NCBI GenBank assembly: GCA_043228905.1
Contig: JBHGNT010000005.1
Coordinates: 10,602,001-10,666,000 of the forward strand
Direction of reading: 5' to 3'
Length of the DNA stretch: 64,000 bases
From: Azolla caroliniana
Taxonomy: Eukaryota; Plantae; Polypodiophyta
Shown here: positions 38,339 to 51,615 of the stretch, piece after piece
How the letters are laid out: each line of letters opens with the position of its first letter
Position numbering within the stretch: position 1 is the stretch's first letter
Program-made: the position numbers and the translations under genes
The notes under the pieces: model-generated
The model's input: the letters and a program-made list of their open reading frames with translations, nothing else
What the model was told of the DNA's origin: nothing
Database searches by the model: none

Positions 38339-41300
38339 TGATTGTGTCCTAGGAAAAAGCCCAAATGGACATGTATGTATCATGTATGTGCGTATGTACA
38401 TATGCATGTCCCTTACCTTAATTTGGGGGTTCCTTATGGTTTTTTAAATTAATGAAAGGAAGGAGGAAAGAATTATTGACAATGGGGACCTATACAGCTT
38501 TAACTTGTCTTTGGGGACCCCCTTTCCCAGTCATCCTCGTCCCTTGTCGCATGTGCATATATATCCCTCCCTCCTTTGCCTACATCTCATCGACACTCAC
38601 ATGCTCATGTCCCCCTTCTCTTCCCTTCCCTTCCCTTCCCTTTCTTTTATATTTTTGTTTTCTTGCTAGCCTTCGCCACCTACCCCTGCTTCACCAACTT
38701 GTCTCCTCGATTCTATGCTCCCCTCCACCCTCAACTCTGTTTGTCATCCCAATCCCTTTGTCTCCATCCGTGACCACACCTGTCCTCCTTTCTTGTCTTC
38801 CAACTTTCCCTACGGGTTGTCGATCTCGATCTATCGAAGAGAACCCCTTACTTTGGCCCCACGACCACTTCATCCCGTGTCCCTCCATTCCTTGCATGAG
38901 GGCGAGACAAACTAGTTTGTATGCGCATTAATTACATCATGAGGCCATCTCATGATCCCTTCCAAGGTTTCCCTTGTCACACCTAAGAATGTGACATCCA
39001 TGTAGAGGCAACATGGACAAAATTCGTGGTTTAGTGAGCTAATGATCTACGTGAGGCTTGGTTCATGAATTTTTATGTAGTGATATTGAATGATCTATTT
39101 TCAAATTCATGCTTTTCTCGATAGGAGATGTCCCATACATCATACGTGGAATAATTGTCAAACCATCCAAACTAACGATCGATAGATGGCAAAGAATAGG
39201 AACCATTGTGCAATGTTTGATTACATGAGTGTGTTGGTGTAAGAGACATTGACATTGATTAAATGATTGATGTCATCAATGATTGAACTATTGTTGGCAA
39301 TGTGTAAATTTATCCGAATCCTTACTTTCCTCTTGGCAATTCTTTGCATCAACTTCAAGAATATAGGTAGATTTTGAATACTTAATGTAGAATGAACTTA
39401 GAAGACTTAGGTACCCTCAAAACACTTCTAGTGTTTTTGTGAAATGCTAGGACTCGATCACCATCCACTCATTATTGCATACCACTAGGTGTGCAACAAG
39501 ATTCAATGGTAGGCATTGTGAAACGTGAAAGGCGTACATTTTACAATTTCAGGGGATGTTTTTGGCTATAGTGTGATATGAGTCAATCCCTATAACCAAT
39601 AGGTTGGCTATGCTAGAATTTAATAGGTTTATTGATCAATTAAAAACAAAAATTAGGTACATGCAATTAGAACACTTTTTAAATAGGTTAGTTGCTCATT
39701 TTATTGATATATCTACCTAAATAGTAGAGATGCCTAGTAATTTCTACCTTTAGGGTTATTCATCAAAGTGGTTAAGAGCTAAGTTAAAAGACCCATGGCC
39801 ATCTTCTCGAAATGGACTACTTTCACTAAATTTTCCACTTGTAATAGTAAATAAATTGTTTCTGAATAGAGGAGACACTAGTTTGTATTCACTTCCATGA
39901 CATTTCGTCTTTGTTCAGATACCCATTTCTCTTGTGCTCAAACATACTTTCTCAACTTAGGTACGCCATGCAACTAATTAATTTGTATATGCCGTTATAA
40001 GAAAGATTAAATTTGTATTCATTGATGTCCTCTATAGTTTTTGCCAAATATAATATCTATGTAACAATGTAAGAATGTTAGGTGATTTCATGATTTAAAG
40101 GTGGAGTCGTGACAACTAAGAGATAGACAATTACACAAAGATAGAGCTGAACGGAATACGTCAATGTTAAGGACATGTTTGGTCACTTTTGCTTTTGCCA
40201 ACGTATGCACTTTTTTGAATATGAACTAGGTACAACGAACTTGAGCTGGAACAACCTCTCCTTTCTTGTTTAAAAAAAGGGCACCATTATTATTATTCAA
40301 AACAGAGGCACATGATTAGGAAGTGCATATCTCTATCGTAGTTACAAAAGGCATCTAAAGCTAGGCTGTAAAGGTCACGCTACACATGTCTTTCATCTAT
40401 CATGGTTCACCTATGCATTAACATTCATGCTTTCCCCCTCTTACTTATCATGTGGTCGCACGTATTAAACAAAAGAGGTCATGACACAAGTAGTCCCACA
40501 TAGTGCTTTATCACGACGATTAAAAATAAGTGCAAATCCTCATAATGCTCCAACTTAACTATACAATGATTCCCCTAAAGCCACTAAAAGTTTAAGAAAT
40601 TTCCAAAATGCCATAAAGTTTTATAGATTTTGATAAAGCTGAACTGTATCTAGTTAGATACTTGTGTGCCTATATTTAAAGCTCCATCCATCACTTTTAA
40701 TCTCGACCACATTATTATTGCTAATCACATACCAATCACGAAGATCTATAAATGCAAGCGGGATTACATATTAGACACTAACTAACAAAGAATTAGGTGA
40801 TTAATTAGAGAATAAAAGTATATAAGGATGAAGGGATCAATTAAATACACACCGATGGAGAAAGTGTGCGATAAATTAGACTCTACTTTTAGAGAAGTTG
40901 GGCAACTGATTAAAACGTAATCCACCAAAAAGTTTAATAGTAGGCTATCTACGAGGATATATTTTTTAAGTGGGTAAGGGTATAAAATTACAATGAGATG
41001 TGCTCCTATAAATATAAACATTCTTATCAACTGGCAACCAAAGCATCCATTGAATGTCACTCAAATTTATTGTGTTTAGATGTTTTGCCCTAAAGACAAA
41101 CATACAGACTATCTAACAAAATAAGTAATGTAGCATAAAATAAAGTGATATAAAAAACAAAATGTTATGAAATAGTACATGAAAGCATCATCTTTATAAC
41201 GCCATCAAATAGACTTTTTTGGACATCCTAGCAAATGCCTAAACATGGTGTGATGAGGTTATGACTAACCTGTTAAAATTCTAGAATTCAAATATTTAAA

Positions 41301-42229
41301 CATAATTGCATGTAATGATCATGCATTCTTTATAAATCCTGTTTGTATTTTCCATTTGAAATGATCATGTATATAACCAATTTATCATCATACAAATTTG
41401 TATTTTTTGTCTCACATGGTTGAAGTGGAAAGTTGCAAGATGTCCTCTTTCTCTTGAAATGGGAGGTTGCATTGGAGTGATATCAAAGTAAAATAACAAA
41501 TTGATCATTTGGAATGGCTAGTGTACACATTTAAGGAAAGAAGGATCATTTAAGCCCAAATTTTGAAGAACAACATCCTTTGTGGATGTATCAAGAACCT
41601 TTTGAGATTCTTACCAAGGTTCTCTCACCAAGGAACGAAGTCTTGACCTTTTCTCTTAAATAATAAACTTATGTTAAAAACTTTGCAAAAAGCTTTTTTG
41701 TCTCCCATGAAATTTGGATGAAAGTTTTTGAGATGAAAGTAAGGTTTCACATGGACATTAATATTTTGACTTCAAGATGGCAAGAATTATTGGTAGCAAA
41801 ACACATAAGAGAAATGAAGTAGAGTTCTCCCTTCTACTTGGAGACATGACACAATCATGAAAATATTTTAAGAGATGAAATGTGGTAGCACCACTTGACC
41901 TACATATCAACAGTATGGTTATCACATACATCAAATCATGTTGTACAAATGTGGTCATAGCAAGATCGAACTAGGATGCCAAGAAAACATATGGCAATAC
42001 TATTACTTGAAGACAAATATGATACATTAGGAAACATATATACTAGGAAATGATGAGTGAGCAATGAACTATGCTTTTTCACTCCATTCCACTTAATGCA
42101 AAAAGGACAATCACTTTCCTTTGCACTCGTACTCATGATCTTCAAATTGAGAATGAATATTGTAAAAGATTAGGTGGAGAAATCCACATCTATAGAATCT
42201 TCTTTGATTAGGAGTTCGAGAATGACGAA

Positions 42230-42750
42230 CATGTCATATTACAATGCGAGTATTACAAGGTTACTTGACAATGCTCGCCACCATCATTTACAATGTGCAT
42301 CCATTTCTTGTAACTTCTCGAAGTTGGACAAACCAAGCCCCTCTAGTTAGGCACATATGTGTACACTCTACCTACATATAGAGGAGATCTAATGACAAAA
42401 TACTAAACACATGGTCCACATGTGCTTACACCCAATGCATATGTATTTGAGACTCTTGTAATGCTCCTTGGGGATTCCATAGGCCATATTTCTCCCTCTA
42501 CATTTTGAATATTTGATACTAAAGATTAAATAATCATATATATATATAAAGTCATTGTAACGTAAATAAGATAGAATCTCAAGTATTACAAGGTTACTTG
42601 ACAATGCTTCCCACCATCAATTACAATGTGCATAAATTTCGCATAACTTCTCTAAGTTGGGCAAACCAAGCCCCTCTAGTTAGGCGCGCGCACACACACA
42701 CACACACACACACATTGTAACGTAAGCAAGATATAATCTAGTTACAATGG
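42230..42750. repeat. ~130-bp direct repeat pair with (CA)n tract
   Basis: agtattacaaggttacttgacaatgct...caaaccaagcccctctagttaggc at ~42249-42353 and ~42582-42685. Confidence 0.75.
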
Positions 42751-44547
42751 TATAAAAGATCAATAAATTGCCATAATATGTTTATCTATATGAGATAATA
42801 ATGAGCTACGCTTTCTTATTTTCAAAATTAACAATCAAAGTAGAGGCTTTTGGCCAAATCACATGAAAATTAAACCTCAACTTTGACAACATCCAAAATC
42901 AAAGTTGAAGCTCATGTTCGACAACTCAAGGTTGATTATGGTTTTATAATTCACTTCATATTTTGGTTATGCACACTAATAGTTTATTCATAGAAGGCCA
43001 ACATTTGTTTTATATTTTTGCTTTGTAATGCTAACTTCAAAAAATGCACATGTACCTAAAAATATGATTTACAATCTCACTTTTTGAAACCCAAGGGTTG
43101 AACACGTAATGGTTTCATTTTGATGTATTATAGGAAACAATGTACAAATTCCTTGCGACGTTTAGGGTGACATCATGTACACCAATATCTCATAGAAAAT
43201 GTCTTTTACCCACTTGCTTTTGCTGGAAAAGCTTTACTTACTTTCAAAATTTACTTTCCAAGATCCCAGGGTTTAAAATGATCACAATGTCCCCACATCA
43301 TACTCAAATGCTTGTTTTACCTTCTAACAAAGATCTTTGAGTGCTTTGGGATACCTTGATGTATTCGTTTAATGAGCCTCTTTATGCATGGGGTACACTT
43401 TCTTTTATGAATGTTGTGAGCTTTTGTACTAGAATGGTTCTTAAAAGTCTACTTTTTGCTTTCATGACTTGTATGATTATAATATTATTGTCTTCTAGAT
43501 AAATTCTTCAACATATAGTTGAAGAATTTATCTCAAGAGCTCATAACATATAGATTGTTTTCATGATCATCCTCCAATTGTCACTTAGCTTCTTAGGCGG
43601 TCAAACTTAATAAATTAATCAATGGAGATGGTACCTATGCCAATTAAATCGGAATTAATGCAAATTGATGGTCCATAAAATGATCTAGTCAATTATTTTG
43701 TTGGGATCACTTCAAATTCCTTGGTTAGAGGTGAAAAATAGAAGATGATAAATGTACATCTCCAATGGATTGGTTTGAAGATAGACACAAATTAATAAAA
43801 ACCTTTCACAAGACAGTTTGGAAGATTCCTATGAAAATGGAAAGGGGAAGGAGAAACATATGGATATCAAAACTCATAAGTAATTATGGGTATAGCATGA
43901 CAATTGTGAGAATACGTTTTATGTGAAAATTGTTAAATAGAATAAGAGTGTTTGTAAGACCTATGCATCATACATCATAGTTATGAGTTATGACTCCTAG
44001 CACTCATGTAGTGTTGGACTAAAAGTCCTACTCCCGACCGTTGTACTTCTAAGTATGAAATTCCCTTAGACTTAGGGCTAAGCCTAATCATGTATAAATA
44101 AGAAGTACTCCTATTTGTCCTAACTAAGGAATGTAGAATAATGCAATTATTCTCTTTTGCCTTACAACTGTGTAATGATCTGCCAACGCTCACCTCTCCC
44201 TCTCTGCCCACCACATCACGTCGTCTGTCGACCACTGACTACCGCCGTGTCGCTTGCCAACTACCTCCATGTCGTCCACGTTGAACACCAACTGCCGAAT
44301 TCCGACTACCGTCACACTGCGGCGTGTGTGCTTCTACTTTGTGCTCGAGGTCTCTCTTTGGTGGGTTGATGTTTGCAAGCTCATTGAAGTCAATGACACA
44401 TCCACACATGCTCGGCTAAGTTTTCCATCCTTTCTTTTACCTTTTGTATTACACCATAGCTTCTAAATGAATTAAAGAACATAAGGAGATACACGATGAG
44501 GTTATAAGTAAAGAAGATTGTTTAGATGTTTTTAATTGTTTAGTAAA

Positions 44548-46062
44548 TGTTGAGATACAAGCTCAACATTGGCCGGATCGGCTGTGCAAGCCAAGTACTG
44601 GATCGGTTTGGACTGATCGGTTAGGCCGGATCGGTGCGTAAACCGGTGTGTAAACTGGTGCGCAAACCGGTGAGCAACAAGAGGCCGGATTGGTGCGGAA
44701 ACCGGGAGGCCGTTGAACAGATATTCCGTGAGGGAATATATTTGGGAGTTAGTGTAGGAGCTCAGTTATGAGCATTGAAGTACGTGTCAGTACTTCTGTC
44801 AGTCTGTATGGACTTGTATAAACGTGGTCTTTGAGCACATCCTATGTACAGAGTTTCACACATTATTTTGAATTTAGTTTTTTCTGTGTGTTCATTCTCT
44901 CTCTGTCTCTCCCACATACATTGTGTCTTAAGCTCTCCATTAAACTTGTTTTATCCCTGTCGGTATTTTGTGTCTCATATAGCTTCCACATGTAACATTT
45001 CACATAGTATCAGAGCGCGAGGGTTGAGAACCTCTGCAGCCGACTTCAGGTCGAAACAAAAAAACTAATCTCGGTGAAGAATAGAAAGATAAAAAAAGAG
45101 GATAGAGGTATGGCTAGTTCGCTTCCAATTGAGAAGCTCGACAGAAGTAACTACGCATCTTGGTCGTACAAGATGCACCAGTACCTGCTCGGACATGGAT
45201 ACTGGAGCTATGTCGATAGAGCGAATGATGCAGCACCCGAATCGACACACAAAGACTTCCTGGCTTGGGAACAATCGGCGAGTAGAGTTCTCTACTGCTT
45301 CGCGTCCTGCGTGAGTGAACAACACTTGAGCTACATTTGGGATGCAAGAATATCGAAGGATGCTTAGTGAAATCTGAAAAAGATTTTCGCCGCAAGCACC
45401 ATAGCCAAGAAGCTCCAACTCCGACAGGAGTTGAGCAATGTGCGTCAACGTGACATGACGATGGCTAACTACACCTCCAAGATAAAGGATATCTGCGACT
45501 CCCTCGCTTCCATCGATGTGAATGTTGAGGAGGGCGAAATGGTGCAGATCTGCCTCGGAGGATTGGCGTCCAAGTTCGGAGCATTCAGAACTGCTATTTG
45601 TACAAGGGAGAATACGCCGTTGTTTTTCGTCTTGCAGTCGATGCTCCTTGTAGAAGAGAATCATGTGGGTGCGTCAACGAGTATGCATGCTGACAACAAG
45701 ATGCTGTACACGAAAGGAGATAGGCCCTGTGGTCGTGGCGGACGAGGCGAATCAACACGCAATGGAGGCGGCCGGCAGGAGCAAGGAAGAAGGCATCGTG
45801 GTGATGCCGACAACAATTCCGGACCCTCCGGAATCAAGGGGAGTCGAGGAGGTCGTGGTGGACGAGGCGAGTCGACGCGCAATGGAGACGACCGACGGGA
45901 GCAAGGAAGAAGGCATCGTGGTGATGCTGACAACAATTCTGGACCCTCCGGAAGCAGGGGGAGTCGAGGAGGCGACAAGAACCGGCAAGGGAAACATGCC
46001 GCGGAATGCTGGTATTGTGGCAAGAAAGGGCACAAGGAGAACGAGTGTTGGAAGAACGAGTG
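44548..46062 (+). mobile_element. Truncated Copia: LTR 44548-45004, PBS 45005-45016, gag 45110-46060
   Basis: TGTTGAGATAC...TTTCACA followed by TAGTATCAGAGC. gag with CWYCGKKGHKENEC and a 108-bp internal tandem duplication. Confidence 0.9.
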
Positions 46063-46249
46063 TTTGATATCTCTAACCTAGGAAGGGTAAACACCAATTA
46101 CACTAGACGACATATTAGTTCTTAAAAAATCCACTACATGAATAACACAATTCATATGCACACCATAAACCTTTAGTTATTCATGAGTAAGTGTTTGCTT
46201 TATAATTGCACCTGTTCCATCATGTTTGTGTTGGTTCCGTGCCCCTCAT

Positions 46250-49200
46250 TGTGGAGATACAAGCTCAACATTGGCCGGATTGGTGCATAAACCGGTGTGC
46301 AAACCGGTGCACAACAAGAGGTCGGATCGGTGCGGAAACCGAGAGGCCGTTGAACAGATATTCCATGAGGGAATATATTTGGGAGTTAGTTTAGGAGCTC
46401 AGTTATGAGCATTGAAGTACGTGTCAATACTTCTGTCAGTCCGTATGGACTTGTATAAAAGTGCTCTCTGAACACATCCTATGTACAGAGTTTACACATT
46501 ATTCGAATTTAGTTTTTCGGTGTTTTTTTCCCTCTCTGTCTCTCCCGCATACATTTTGACTTAAGCTCTCCATTAAACTTGTTTTTTCTTTGTCGGTATT
46601 TTGTGTTTCGTATAGGTTCCGCACGTAACATTTCACATGGTATCAGAGCGCGAGGGTTGAGAACCTCTATAACCGACTTCAGCTCGAAACAAAAAAACCT
46701 AATCTCGGTGAAGAACAGAAAGGAAAAAAATGGATAGAGGTATGGATAGTTCGCTTCCAACTGAGAGGCTCGATAGAACTAACTACGCATCTTGGTCGTA
46801 CAAGATGCGCATGTACCTGCTCGGACATGGATACTGGAGCTATGTTGATGGAGCGAATGATGTAGCACTCGAATCGACACACAGAGACTTCCTGGCTTGG
46901 GAACAGTTGGCGAGTAGAGTTCTCTATTGCTTCGCATCCTGCGTGAGTGAATAGCTCTTGAGCTACATTCGGGATGCAAGAACACCGAAGGATGCTTGGT
47001 GAAATCTAAAAAAGATTTTCGCTGCAAGCACCACAACCAGGAAGCTCCAACTCCGACAGGAGTTGAGCAATGTGCGTCAACACGACATGATAGTGGCTGA
47101 CTATACCTCCAAGATAAAGGATATCTGTGACTCCCTCGCCTCCATCGATGTGAACATTGAGGAGGGCGAAATGGTGCAAATCTGTCTCGGAGGATTGGCA
47201 TCGAAGTTCAGGGCATTCCGAACTGCTATTTGTACAAGGGAGAATACACCGTTGTTTTCGACTTGCAATCAATGCTCCTTGTAGAGGAGAATCACACAGG
47301 TGTGTCAACGAGTACGCACACCGACAACAAGATGATGTACATGGAGGGAAATAGGCCCCGTAGTCGTGGCACACGAGGCGAGTCGGCGTGCAATGGAGGC
47401 GGTCGATGGGAGCAAGGAAGAAGGTATCGTGGTGATGCCGACAACAATTCTCGACCCTCCGGAAGAAGGGGGAGTCGAGGAGGCGACGAGAACCGACAAG
47501 GAAAACACGCGGCGGAATGTTGGTATTGTGGCAAGAAAGGTCACAAGGAGAGCGAGTGCTGGAAGAAGCGCGTCGATTCGGAGAAAAGCAGATCCGGATC
47601 CGGATGGACTGAACAAGGAAATCAATAGCGGACGCACTACATCAAAGGATCCGAAAAACTCGGAAAGGGGGCAACCTTCGTGACAAGACACGAAGCGAAC
47701 TCGATGAAGAAGACCACCCCGACATCGGACGAAGTGTGGTACGTTGACTCCGGAGTGTCAAACCATATGACAAGCCATAAAGACTGGTTCTTATATCTGG
47801 AAAAACCGGAACAACCTGGAGTAGTCGCAACAGGAGACGACACTCCGCATCTGATCGTACATGTCAGTGAAGTTCCCCTCAACCACGTCAGGTAAAAAAG
47901 GGAAGCTAATGAACGTGTTACACGTCCCAACAATTACAAAGAATCTGGTGTCTGTGGGACAAATCGTCGACCAAGGGATGCAAGTCTGGTTCACGCATCT
48001 CGGGTGCTTCATCGAGGAAGAAGGCCAAGTTGTTGCGCAAGGGCGCAGAGATGGGAGGATCTTCATCCTCAACACCAATGATGTAGGCACCGCCATGTTC
48101 ACGAAAGGACAAAAAGTCGAGTCGGATATCGATTTGTGGCATAAGCGGATAGGCCATGTCAACTACCAAAGGCTTCAGGACCTGCAATCGAAACAAGTTG
48201 TGTTCGGATTGCCGAAATTCAGTGGTCGAAAGGCCCAAATTTATGAAGCCTGCCAGCTAGAGAAGCAACACCGACTTCCTTTCCCAAACGAGCGTAATCA
48301 GAGTCGAAATAAGCTCGACCTGATACATTTAGATGTATGGGAACTAGCACAGAACGTGAGTCTTGGCAGGAGTCGATATTTCGTCTCCTTCATCGACGAC
48401 TACACCCAGCACACATGGATCTACCTCATCGAAAAGAAGAGTGAGTCTTTGACTATTTCCGGAACCTCAAAAATCTTGTCGAAAGGGAAACAGGGAGGAA
48501 GATCAAGTGCCTGCCGTCGGATGGCGGAAAAGAGTACTTTTCCAGCCAATTCAACAATTATCTGCAACAAATGGGAATTCGGCGCGAATTTAGTTGCAGG
48601 TATACGCCAGAGCAAAACGGCGTAGCCGAAAGGAAGAATCGGTTGGTTGTGGAAGCGGCGTGGGCAATGCTGGAAGAAAAGAGCATGCCCAAGTTCTATT
48701 GGGCCGAAGCGGTCCGAACCGCGGTTTACATCTAGAATTGGATCGGAGAAAAAGTGTCGGCACATGAGCAGTATTTCGGAAGGAAGCTGAATCTATGCCA
48801 CTTGAGGGTTTTTGGTAGCATCGCATATGTGCATGTGCCGAAGGAGAAGCGGAGGAAGCTGACGTGAAAGTCGAGAAGTGTATCTTGGTCGGCTAGTCGG
48901 ACGAACAAAAGGGTTATAAGTGTTATAACCCCCAAACCAAACAAGCTTGCGTAAGTTGCGATGTCGTGTTTGATGAGTCTGCATCTTGGTATTTGCCTCC
49001 AACTCCGGACCTCAACTCCAATCCGAGTTCTGAAGATGAGGGCAGGGAGGTTGAGATGCCTCTTGATGAACGCAAAGTCGAAACTCTTGAAGAGAGTTTG
49101 ATCTCATTTCGGCTAAGTGGACTGAATGAGCGATTGAGTCGGTTTGACCAGTCAGATGAAGAGCCGGCGAGTAGTGGAGACTCGGCCGTGCATTCCCCGT

Positions 49201-49535
49201 GCAGGAAGCCGAAGAGACGGCTTACGCGCAAAGAAAAGGGAAAGAAGAAGATGCCAGAATACGGCACGAACATGGACGAGTCAGATCGATGCGAATCCGA
49301 CTCCGAGAAAAGCGATGACGGGCCTTCAAGAACGAAGCCCGCGTCGGCCATAACGGCCTCAACATCGGCTAATGAGCATTTACGCTGATCTACCCGCTAG
49401 AAGAACCCTATTGTGCAGTCCAGATACAACGAGTACATGGCGCATCACTATGCATACATGACACGTGTAGTGGAAGTGCGTGAGCCGGAAAACTACGCAG
49501 AAGCAGTAAAGGACGCGAATTGGCGTGCCGCCATG
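46250..49535 (+). mobile_element. Second copy of the same Copia family: LTR 46250-46637, PBS 46638-46649, gag-PR-INT to 49535 (RT absent)
   Basis: Near-identical LTR and gag to the 44548 copy. WYVDSGVSNHM, LWHKRIGH, FIDDY, SDGGKEY. Confidence 0.9.
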
Positions 49536-49919
49536 ATACCTTGTTTTTCCAACATTGTTTTAAATTACATTGGTTATTAGCTCAACATTTCGAGCTTAAT
49601 CAACATTGGGTTCGGTCTAATGGAGAGTTTCCTCGTGGCAATTCAAGGCTAAGAGACCGTATCATTTTGGTGGGAGGTATCCTTCTGAACCAGGATTAGA
49701 GATGAGATGGAACTTCTTCAGGATTGGCCATGGAAAAGGTGAACATTGTTAAGCGTTTGGAATGCAACACACATTGCTCGTGAAGAAGAGCGCATCAACA
49801 AAGGATAGCGAGAAACTAAGAAGTTATACAAAAGGGGAGTAGAAATAGCCAATAGGGGTAAAGGCCAGCCAATGGGCAACCTAATGTGAAATGACCATAC
49901 TCATTATTTAAATGTTATA

Positions 49920-51155
49920 ATGCCACCTTGTGGTGACTTTTTAGCTTCTTCATTCTTGAGAAAAAACTCTGATATCGACATTGCACCTTCAGAGCTACAA
50001 GACACCACCGATTCGATCCTCATCCAGGTATGTATCAGTTACACATTAAAAAATGTTTTTTTTTACTTTTTGATAACTGTAACTTTGTTGCCTGTTCATA
50101 TTTTATAAAAAATGATTAGGGCAAAGTTGTTGGAGTCCCAAACAAGCATGTCTCCAAGATCGGGCTGTAGCAGTAGGTGTGTTTCTGATTGACAAAAAAT
50201 GTGATTATGGTTGATTTCATACATATTTCAGATTAGGGTTTCTAATTTCCTTAACTGGTTGATTTTTTATTAGGGTTTCTCATTTCCTTAAGTGGTTGAT
50301 TTCTGATTAGGGCTTCTAATTAAGGTTTTTGATTTTTTAAATGGTTGATTTCTGATTATTGTTGAAAATTTCGAATTTAGTGTTGGAATTTTGCACCAAT
50401 TCACATTTCAGATTTCAATGGCTGTGTGTCTACAAACTTCCCCTAAACTTGATTTAGGATTTGGGTGAATGTCCCAGTAGAGCAGAGGTAACATGTATTG
50501 ATTTTTTTTCCAGGCGGCTCGTTCCTCCATATCCTAGAGTGTTGAACTTTGCAAAGTTTTGCGAGACAAAAGAGGACTTTACAACATATATGGTCTGTCG
50601 CTAGAGGATATTGACCCTGTTGTTCTAACAGATAAATTGATTAGTGATGTAGACTGGTTGTTAGTCTACAAAGAGCCCAACGTGAAAGGCAAGGTGAAGC
50701 TCAAGCATGTACGACTGGAGTTGTATGACGACTGCATGAGGCTCCACCAGAAAGTTCATCAAGAGATTCCAGTCAACAACGAGTTCTTTGTTGCATTCGC
50801 GAGAGCTTCTGCATAAGAGTATTGCAAAACAACAAAGGAAGCCACAGACCTTGAAATGTACAGGGTAGCTTGGGCTATTTATGGTGAGGCATCGGTAGAA
50901 CGATGCCGGAAGATAGGGAGCTTGCAAAGAAAAATGGCAAGATTCTGGGGCATGGTAATTGATGATGTAACTTCTAACTCCCAACAAACCCCCAAGTATA
51001 CACCACACCGAAACACAATGAAAGCCAATGTCGATGATACATGTGAGACATTGATTAGCTATATGCTGAAAAATGTCCATGAAGCTTGTGACACATTTGA
51101 GGCAACAAAGATTGATTTAGAGAAAGCAACATTGGTTGCTGCGATGGAGAGCAAA
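49920..51155 (+). pseudogene. Intron-containing ORF of unknown function (exons 49920-50027 and 50514-~51155), with two in-frame stops
   Basis: CAG|GTATGT donor and TTTTCCAG acceptor in phase 0 join ORFs 49920, 50559 and 50856 in one frame. Confidence 0.5.
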
Positions 51156-51159
51156 GTCA

Positions 51160-51615
51160 CTTTGTATAATATATATCTTTTGTTATCATCGTTCTACACC
51201 CCTCTTAGTACTAATCCTCATCTTTTAGTACTAATTCCCTCTTTGTCTTGGTACTATTCCTGTCAGTTTGAACCAATTTCGTCCTTCCTTCTATCTTCTT
51301 ACTTATCCCTCCTTTCTCTAATACTATGGAAATTGTTAGCGCTCAAGAATATCAATCTGTTTTCTCAGAGTTGCCATGCTTGGAAGAGAAATTTCTTGCA
51401 TTGGAACAAGAAAATCAACTGATGTTGGGGGATCTTCAACAAATCAGTAAATGCAACAACAACATGGGGAACTAGCGTTACACGTGCAACAACTTGAAGC
51501 AACCATTGTGGCATTGCAACAACAAGGACCAAGTACGCAAGGGATTCATAAAGAACCCAAGATCAGCCTTCCTATGAAATTTGATGGAACACGATCATAA
51601 TTCAGAGGATTCCTT
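51160..51615 (+). mobile_element. Fragment of a Tcn1-like chromovirus: 3' part of the 5' LTR (to 51265) plus start of gag
   Basis: 51200-51265 matches the reverse complement of LTR 60025-60095. gag KEPKISLPMKFDGTRS*FRGF. Confidence 0.8.

Noticed and set aside
38452-38931. 159-aa ORF upstream of TIP
   Set aside because: CT-rich low-complexity sequence with no recognisable motif or splice structure.
39000-43900. Possible old transposase remnant
   Set aside because: AT-rich, with no motif I could assign reliably by eye.
43931-44157. Possible short solo LTR (TGTT...TACA)
   Set aside because: No matching TSD, PBS or second copy in the window.
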